From positions 3,400 to 67,399 of the forward strand of contig CACAYQ010000001.1 of assembly GCA_902536695.1 (NCBI GenBank): a stretch of DNA of 64,000 nucleotides, read 5' to 3'. The DNA comes from an uncultured Bacteroidota bacterium. GTDB taxonomy: Bacteria > Bacteroidota > Bacteroidia > Flavobacteriales_D > Parvicellaceae. The notes below the pieces were generated by a model. The model was given only the letters and a program-made list of their open reading frames with translations. It was not told where the DNA came from and ran no database searches. Shown here one piece after another: positions 27,416 to 34,419 of the stretch. Numbering within the stretch: the first letter of the stretch is position 1; every line of letters begins with the position of its first letter. The translations under genes and the position numbers were made by a program.

Positions 27416-28100
27416 ATGAAGAGAATATTACTAGTTGAAGACGAAGAACACCTCCATTCGGCAATTAAACTGAATTTAGAATTAGAAGGATATCATGTAA
27501 GTTCTATTTTTAATGGAAAAAATGCAATTCAGAAGTTCAATGAAAGTAGATTTGATTTAATTATTCTAGATGTAATGCTACCTACTATTAATGGATTTGA
27601 TATTTGTCAATCCATACGTTTAGAAAATGATCAAATACCTATAATGTTTTTTGACAGCTAAGTCTTCAAATGATGATATTGTAACAGGGCTTAAAATGGC
27701 CGATGACTATCTAACAAAACCATTTAATCTAAATGAATTACTGCTTAGAGTTAATAACTTGATTAAAAGAAACAATCAAGTTCAAAATAAGTTGAGTCAA
27801 TTTGTAATTGGTGAATTTACAATTGACTTTAATTCTTTTGTTGTCAGTGATTCGAAAGGAACACCTGTAGAGCTTACACACAAGCAAATTAAGTTGCTCA
27901 AACTATTTGTGGAAAAGCCAAATGAAGTGGTGAGTAGACAAGAAATTTTAGAAAAAATATGGGGTTTTGATGTATATCCTTCATCTAGAACAATTGACAA
28001 TTTTATTCTCACGTTTAGAAAAATTTTCGAGAAGGATGTTGAACCCTCTACCTACTTTAAATCTATCCGAGGGGTAGGGTATAAATTTACTCCTGATTAA
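27416..28100 (+). pseudogene. OmpR/PhoB-family response regulator, frame broken by 1 nt in a T6 run (pseudogene, phase variant or homopolymer sequencing error)
   Basis: ORF 27416..27661 is the REC domain (LLVEDEE, DLIILDVMLP) and ends ...IPIMFFDS*. ORF 27651..28100 continues TAKSSNDDIVTGLKMADDYLTKPF plus a winged helix (RTIDNFILTFRKIF, IRGVGYKF). Deleting one T from 27647..27652 gives the canonical IPIMFLTAKSS junction. Confidence 0.8.
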
Positions 28101-30775
28101 CAAAATGCACAGAACCTACTTGCCTCATTGTGAAAAAGTCGAACATCAGGACTAATTATTTCACCCAAGATAAGCTGAATTTCTTTTTCAAATAGTAGAA
28201 TATGTGTATTGTTTAATTTCAAATCGTTTTGGTATTTTAACTCCATCACTGGTGAGTTAGTGTTACTTAGTGCAACGATATTTGAGTAAACTTCATCATG
28301 CTCTTTATGGTTGCCTAAAAAGAGCATAGCATAAAATAGAAGTTGTAATGCTTTATGTTTTGTTTTTATGCTTTCCATGGTTGAAATAGTGAGATCAGAT
28401 TGTGTTACATACCCTGTCTTGTAATCGATTAATCTCAATCCATTTGAAGTGCTATCAATTCGATCTATTTTCCCTTTAAAACAACATTCCAAAATTTCAT
28501 CATTGAGATGTAACTTTTTTATATCCGAAAACTCTTTTTCAGCATATAAAACTTTATAAAATCCATTTCTATTTAAACTGTAAAGTTCATTTTCTAAATA
28601 ATTAAGTATGAATTGCTTAGACTGGTAAAAATTAATTTTGTTTTTACCCTTTACATGTCGGTTATCAGGAAATAATTTTTTAAACTGAATTGATAAACAT
28701 TCTGCTAACTCTTTCTTCATTTTATTTATGGCTTCTTTGTCTATTTGTTTATGTGAAACAAAGAGTTGCTCAAGTGTATTGTGCACGGCAGTACCCCATT
28801 CGCTGGATTCAATAAATACATTTGGTTTTTGATTCTCTTTGATTTTCAGTACGTATTTAAAATGAAAATCGAGATTGCAGTTCAAGTAGGTATTAATAGC
28901 AGAACTAGATATTCCAGTTTTCATCCAATTCTTTAATACCAGTATGTCTTCTTTATGTTTTGATAGAGATTCCAACACCGGATTTAGCACTTGAGCAGAT
29001 TGATATGAATTGAATTTTACATTTTTTTGATTTAAAAACTCGGCTTGAATTTGATGAACGTATCTGCTAGGTTCATTTGATTTTATACCTGAGCTCTTAG
29101 AGCTTAAGTATATCAAATGTATGTTTTTAGGATAATGAATAGCCCTGTAAAAATAGTATGCAAATAATGCGTCTTTTTCAAAGTTAGAAGGAATCCTATA
29201 TTTGCTTTTAAGCTCCTTTGGAATATTGGTTTCAAGCATTTTTTTACCAGGAATATATTCTTCATTAAAGTTTGTGAAAATGATAGTATCACTATCAACC
29301 ATTCGTGATTCCAGTAATCCAATTAACTGAATTGGATTGTTTGGGTTGCTAATAACAGATATTCTTTTTTTAGATAATTGATCAAATAGTATAGTTAACT
29401 TTTCTTTTAAGTTCAATTCAACTTTAATTTCATTAACTTTTTGAATGAAATACTCTAATTCGCCTAAAATAATATAAGTCACATCATTTTCAGTTTGGTT
29501 TTTAACTGCACATTTTTGAATTTCATCAATTAAAATTTTGAGAAAATTTAATTCATTTTCATTTTTAGTTTCTTTAAAGGAAGATATGACATCAATTATT
29601 CCTTTTAGAGAAGGAAAATGAGCTACAATTTTGTCGTTTGATAATTCAAAATCTAATATGGATTGAAGTTCTTTTTGAAATGTGAGATGATCTTTTTGTG
29701 TTATTAAGTTAAAACTTAATAATTCAGAAATCCAATCATACGTAAATTGATTTAATCTGCCCTGAGAAAGTAAGGAATCACACAAAAACTTGAATATCTT
29801 ATAGGATTCAAACTGGTTTATTGGAAATCCAGAAGAAAAATTAATTTCATTATTTTTCGCAAGTCCATTAAATAGGTGTGGACTAAATTGTTCTTCCATA
29901 TTTACTATGGTAACATCATGATCATCTTTATTTAGTATTTTATCTACAACCTGTATTTGTTGCTGTAAAGAGTCTACTTCATAGGTGCTTATTTTTTTTT
30001 CTGCTGAAAAGAGATCTCGTCTAGGTCTATTGTGAAATTTATTTTTTTGACTTCGATAAAAATGCCCCGCTTCATGATCATAATTTTTAACAAAGAAATC
30101 CTGAGTATCGACTAATATCTTACTCCCAGAATTCAATTTACAGACTGAATTAATGATAATTTCCTCCTTTGCCGATAATGCGTTAAGGCCAATAAAGTAG
30201 GTTTTCCCAATGTTAGAGAATATCTTTTTTTCTGAATGGGCAACATTATTACATATGATAGCATAGGTGCCTTTATTCTTTTTCAAAAGGGTATCTTGAA
30301 ATGTATTGTAAATACTTTCGATCAGATTGATTCTAGCAAAATAATTTTTCTCCCTTACATTTTCGTTTGTTTTGAATTGCCAATTATCTAATTCACCAAA
30401 TCCGATAAGGTCTTGAAAAAATTCTTTTTTGTTAATGACGTAATTATCAATAGTATTGAGGTCATTTAATAGCTGCTTTAGATCATAAATATTGATATTA
30501 AATTGACTTTTTTTATCTACCTCTTGTAAAACTTTGACTAATGTCAAATGAGTATCTAGTGGATTAATTTTTTTTAAATCTGATAGAGATACTATAAAGT
30601 CATTGATAGTTGCCATCTCGGGAAGTATACACGATCCGTCAATTTTTTTAATTAGAGATTTTTTAATAAGATTTATTGATCTTAAGGAAGGTAGTACAAG
30701 TCTTACTTTATGTAATTGATCAAGAGGTGATTCATGTAGAATAATGGTGGAAACTTGATCAGCAAATTTTATCAT
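28097..30775 (-). CDS. PD-(D/E)XK nuclease family protein, AddB-like subunit of a helicase-nuclease
   Basis: 892 aa with no intact Walker A at the N-terminus. C-terminal RecB-type nuclease motif GKIDRIDSTSNGLRLIDYKTGY. The protein ends in CAFC (possible partial Fe-S staple). The partner AddA-like gene is 3.6 kb away. Confidence 0.65.
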   Translation of the reverse strand: MIKFADQVSTIILHESPLDQLHKVRLVLPSLRSINLIKKSLIKKIDGSCILPEMATINDFIVSLSDLKKINPLDTHLTLVKVLQEVDKKSQFNINIYDLKQLLNDLNTIDNYVINKKEFFQDLIGFGELDNWQFKTNENVREKNYFARINLIESIYNTFQDTLLKKNKGTYAIICNNVAHSEKKIFSNIGKTYFIGLNALSAKEEIIINSVCKLNSGSKILVDTQDFFVKNYDHEAGHFYRSQKNKFHNRPRRDLFSAEKKISTYEVDSLQQQIQVVDKILNKDDHDVTIVNMEEQFSPHLFNGLAKNNEINFSSGFPINQFESYKIFKFLCDSLLSQGRLNQFTYDWISELLSFNLITQKDHLTFQKELQSILDFELSNDKIVAHFPSLKGIIDVISSFKETKNENELNFLKILIDEIQKCAVKNQTENDVTYIILGELEYFIQKVNEIKVELNLKEKLTILFDQLSKKRISVISNPNNPIQLIGLLESRMVDSDTIIFTNFNEEYIPGKKMLETNIPKELKSKYRIPSNFEKDALFAYYFYRAIHYPKNIHLIYLSSKSSGIKSNEPSRYVHQIQAEFLNQKNVKFNSYQSAQVLNPVLESLSKHKEDILVLKNWMKTGISSSAINTYLNCNLDFHFKYVLKIKENQKPNVFIESSEWGTAVHNTLEQLFVSHKQIDKEAINKMKKELAECLSIQFKKLFPDNRHVKGKNKINFYQSKQFILNYLENELYSLNRNGFYKVLYAEKEFSDIKKLHLNDEILECCFKGKIDRIDSTSNGLRLIDYKTGYVTQSDLTISTMESIKTKHKALQLLFYAMLFLGNHKEHDEVYSNIVALSNTNSPVMELKYQNDLKLNNTHILLFEKEIQLILGEIISPDVRLFHNEASRFCAFC

Positions 30776-30794
30776 GCCTAAAAGTAAAAGAAAA

Positions 30795-31232
30795 TTATTT
30801 GACGATCTCCCAGGTATGATCAGCCAATAACTTTACAGTGCTGATAAACGCATGCGGACTTCCTTTTTTCCCCCATTCATTGGGTCCAACCATAAGTAAT
30901 TTGAATATCCCATCTTCTGCTTCATAAAGATGATACGTGTGAGAAATAAGTGGCTCGAACCTCATTTCAGCATTATAAATCATATGAGACACATCGATTC
31001 TTTCCTTTAGTTTTTTTGCTTGTTCAGCTAACAAAGCCATTTGATCTTTAATTTGATTTAATTGGATATCTGTCTGATGCTCCATGGCTGAAAGGGCTTT
31101 GTTTTTAATAACTCCTTCTTTGGTCGGAATGACTGGAAAGCTGCCTCTATGATGGCCATAGGTTAATGAGTTTGGATTATCAGTTACATTATCCTTATCA
31201 ATAGGATTAGATATATTTTTCTTTTGGTTCAA
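30795..31232 (-). CDS. small conserved hypothetical protein (possibly DUF2452-like; from memory only)
   Basis: 145 aa with a TTG start 4 nt after the peroxidase stop. A central coiled segment is followed by a compact C-terminal domain. No motif I can assign firmly. Confidence 0.45.
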   Translation of the reverse strand: MNQKKNISNPIDKDNVTDNPNSLTYGHHRGSFPVIPTKEGVIKNKALSAMEHQTDIQLNQIKDQMALLAEQAKKLKERIDVSHMIYNAEMRFEPLISHTYHLYEAEDGIFKLLMVGPNEWGKKGSPHAFISTVKLLADHTWEIVK

Positions 31233-31235
31233 AAT

Positions 31236-32291
31236 CTAAAATGGATTTGAGAATTTTGGATTATGTATAAATGCGGAATCAGATAGAGTTAATAAAAATG
31301 CTTTAAGTTGACCTCTTTCAGTTGGATTCAATTGCACACCACCTTGTGAAGCAAACTCTATAAGTGGATCTAAATTTGGAGAATTAGAATGAATTCCAGT
31401 ACTATAAAATCCTATTACTTGATCTAAGGTGTTGAATCTACCATCATGCATGTAAGGGGCACTGTATTCAATATTTCTAATAGAAGGCACCTTAAATTTA
31501 AAATTATCAGATTCTAATCCAGTTACAAGCCCTCTTCCGCTATCTATCGGAAATTCGTCAAGTCCATTGTTCTTATATGACAAATCGGTGCCTAAGATAC
31601 CTCCATGACAGTGAAAACAATCACCTCCAGTTAAGCTATTAAAAGAGGAAAATCCAGCATTTTCATCGGGTGTAAAATTGGCTTCATATCTTAATACTTT
31701 ATCGTATTTTGAATTTCCGGATATCATTGTTCTTAAAAATTGGGCAATGGCTTTCGCAGCAAGTATGGAGTCTGGTTCTAGGGTTCCAAATGCATTGTAA
31801 AATAGCTCGCGGTAAAGATTATCATATCTGACTTCATTTAGGAAATCACTCCACGTATTGTCCATTTCAGTACTGTCCATTACAGGCAATAATATTTGTT
31901 CTTCTAAGGAATGAATGGCTCCGTCCCAAAGAAATTCATTGACCCAAGCTAGATTCTGAAGTACCATGGAGTTTCTTTTACCTAAATCACCATTTACTCC
32001 TGAGCTAAATGGAATATTATCGGAAAAGGCGTATTGAGGTGCATGACATGAGGCACATGAAATAGTATTATTTCTACTCATTCTCGTATCCCAAAATAAG
32101 TGTCTACCTAATTCAATGCCCTCAACCGTCATCGGGTTTTCAATTGGTATTTCAACAGGAGGAAAATGTGAAGGAATATCTAATTCATAGGGAGTAGGGC
32201 CTTCTAGCAATTCAATTTCCTTTTCTTTTAAACAAGATTCTAGTGTGATTACAATCAATATAAAGGACAATATAGTGTACTTATTAATCAA
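31236..32291 (-). CDS. di-haem cytochrome c peroxidase / MauG-MbnH family enzyme
   Basis: 351 aa with a lipoprotein-type signal (ITLESC). Two CxxCH haem motifs: CASCHAP and CFHCHGG. Confidence 0.88.
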   Translation of the reverse strand: MINKYTILSFILIVITLESCLKEKEIELLEGPTPYELDIPSHFPPVEIPIENPMTVEGIELGRHLFWDTRMSRNNTISCASCHAPQYAFSDNIPFSSGVNGDLGKRNSMVLQNLAWVNEFLWDGAIHSLEEQILLPVMDSTEMDNTWSDFLNEVRYDNLYRELFYNAFGTLEPDSILAAKAIAQFLRTMISGNSKYDKVLRYEANFTPDENAGFSSFNSLTGGDCFHCHGGILGTDLSYKNNGLDEFPIDSGRGLVTGLESDNFKFKVPSIRNIEYSAPYMHDGRFNTLDQVIGFYSTGIHSNSPNLDPLIEFASQGGVQLNPTERGQLKAFLLTLSDSAFIHNPKFSNPF

Positions 32292-33115
32292 TTAGATCGC
32301 ATTAAATTTGAGCAATTACTGGAAATGGACTGAGCTAAAGTGAAATTATCCATGGTGTGAGTAAAGTTGTCATGAGCTATATCGATACCACTAATTGCCT
32401 CGTGCCAATCAATATCAAACTCCACTACAAATTCTTTGTTTTCACTTACAGAAGGTGAAAAATTGATCAAATTTGAATTTGAAGTAAGACCATCATTACC
32501 AATATGAAAAACAAAAGATTCACCGGATTCAAAAACGTTGTTTTTGTTTTTATCGACATACCCTTCTAAAACAATAAATAAATAACTCCAATATTGTGGA
32601 TCAATTCCCATTTGCCAATGCATGCTTGGTGTCTGGTAGCTTAGAGGATTACTACTCTCATATGTTGCTGGGTCAATATGATTTGTGATCGAATCTACAC
32701 CAATTAAACATTGAAATTCATTGATTGTCGTATCATAGGTTATTCCCATATCGTATCGTGATTTTGTAGGGTTTATAAGTACATAGCTATGATTGGTGAA
32801 ACGATTTGCACCCTTGTAACTATAATTAGTTTTCCCAGCATAAATAGCAGCTCTAGTAAATTGTACCAAAGTGCCAGAGTCATCTTGATAATCTATCAAA
32901 TAGGAAAATGAATCAGTATTGTATTTGTGATTAATAAGCCATATTACATTGTATGCAGAGTTGGTGTCATATTCACATGTGGAATCATTGTAATTTGCAG
33001 ATGAATTGTAATTATAAGCTATCGGATCTGTACAACCCGGTTTTTTACAGCTTTCTAATCCAACGGCCAGAGTAAGTATAAAGTAAACAAAAAGGTATGA
33101 GAATTTATAATTCAA
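32288..33115 (-). CDS. MbnP-like lipoprotein (putative metal-binding partner of the adjacent di-haem enzyme)
   Basis: 275 aa with lipobox VGLESC. It overlaps the downstream peroxidase gene by 4 nt. Size, beta-rich composition and obligate pairing with a CCP-like gene match the MbnP/MbnH arrangement. There is no decisive motif, so this is a context-weighted call. Confidence 0.45.
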   Translation of the reverse strand: MNYKFSYLFVYFILTLAVGLESCKKPGCTDPIAYNYNSSANYNDSTCEYDTNSAYNVIWLINHKYNTDSFSYLIDYQDDSGTLVQFTRAAIYAGKTNYSYKGANRFTNHSYVLINPTKSRYDMGITYDTTINEFQCLIGVDSITNHIDPATYESSNPLSYQTPSMHWQMGIDPQYWSYLFIVLEGYVDKNKNNVFESGESFVFHIGNDGLTSNSNLINFSPSVSENKEFVVEFDIDWHEAISGIDIAHDNFTHTMDNFTLAQSISSNCSNLMRSN

Positions 33116-33183
33116 TTTTACTAATTTCAGGCTTAAAATTAGAACAAAAATAAATTATTAATCTAATTGTTTAATTAAACACT

Positions 33184-34419
33184 ATGGTACTTAGGTGGTT
33201 GCTATTTGTATTATTTATTTGTTGTTTGCTGGTATACAGTTCTAGCGCTATTAAAACCGTATTCAAAAATCCTTGGATATACTACATTTTTGTATTCGTA
33301 AACCTTATGGTAATTGGCAATTTCATTCTACATATTGTATTATTTAGGGATAAAGGTTTAGTGTCTCCCTATTTCATGTATTCCTTTGGTCTTTTCATTA
33401 TGATAATCGTATTTCAATTTCTTGTTATATCCTTTTTGTTTGTAGAAGATCTTGTTAGGTTGCCTCAATGGGTTTACCATTTATTTACTAAGGGTTTTAA
33501 AAGTTCATTTGAATACTCTCCTCAACGTAGGGAATTTATTTCAAAGCTCGCTTTACTTATAGCTAGTGTTCCTGTTGGTGCATTATTCCTCGGTATGTTA
33601 AGGGGAAAGTATAATTACAGAGTGATCAAACACAAATTATCATTTGACAATCTACCTCCTTCATTTGATGGATTTAAAATTGTTCATATTTCAGACTTCC
33701 ACTGCGGTAGTTTTGATAATAAAGAAAAGGTAAAATACGGGATTGAAATGATTAATGATCAAAGACCTGACCTTATACTATTTTCTGGAGATATGGTGAA
33801 TAATATGGCTAAGGAAATTTTACCTTGGAAAGACATTATCAGCTCATTAAATGCACCCTTTGGCAAATTCGCAGTATTAGGGAATCACGATTATGGCGAC
33901 TATGTTCCTTGGGAAAGCGAAGCCAAGAAAAAAGAAAACATGAATCACTTGCTATCGTATTTGAACGACATGGGTTTTCAAGTTTTGTTAAATGAATCTA
34001 AACCATTAAAAAATGATAAGGACGAAATTGCTTTAATTGGTGTAGAAAATTGGGGTGCTGGAGGATTTAAAAAGAATGGTGATTTCGATAAAGCTTCAGC
34101 CAATTTGGATGAATCGATGTTTAAAATATTACTTTCTCATGACCCATCTCATTGGCAACAAAAAATTATTGAGCATCCCGTTCATGTTGATTTAACGCTT
34201 TCAGGACATACTCATGGAATGCAGTTTGGTATTGAAATACCTGGTTGGATTAAGTGGAGCCCAGCAAAATACAGATATAAATACTGGGCAGGAATTTATA
34301 AGGAGAAAAATCAATTTATTAACGTTAATAGGGGCTTTGGTTTTCTAGCATATCCAGGACGTGTCGGTATTTATCCAGAAATATCTCTACTAGAGCTACA
34401 CTCTCAAAAATCAGCATAA
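33184..34419 (+). CDS. membrane-anchored metallophosphoesterase (calcineurin-like)
   Basis: 411 aa with about 4 N-terminal TM helices. Phosphoesterase motifs HISDFHCG, SGDMVN, GNHDYG and SGHTHG. Confidence 0.85.
   Translation: MVLRWLLFVLFICCLLVYSSSAIKTVFKNPWIYYIFVFVNLMVIGNFILHIVLFRDKGLVSPYFMYSFGLFIMIIVFQFLVISFLFVEDLVRLPQWVYHLFTKGFKSSFEYSPQRREFISKLALLIASVPVGALFLGMLRGKYNYRVIKHKLSFDNLPPSFDGFKIVHISDFHCGSFDNKEKVKYGIEMINDQRPDLILFSGDMVNNMAKEILPWKDIISSLNAPFGKFAVLGNHDYGDYVPWESEAKKKENMNHLLSYLNDMGFQVLLNESKPLKNDKDEIALIGVENWGAGGFKKNGDFDKASANLDESMFKILLSHDPSHWQQKIIEHPVHVDLTLSGHTHGMQFGIEIPGWIKWSPAKYRYKYWAGIYKEKNQFINVNRGFGFLAYPGRVGIYPEISLLELHSQKSA

Noticed and set aside
27651-28100. Stand-alone 149-aa DNA-binding protein starting at TTG 27651.
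   Set aside because: The ORF begins in the middle of receiver-domain helix alpha4 (TAKSS...DDYLTKPF). It is contiguous with the upstream REC ORF once one T is removed, so it is the downstream half of a frameshifted regulator.
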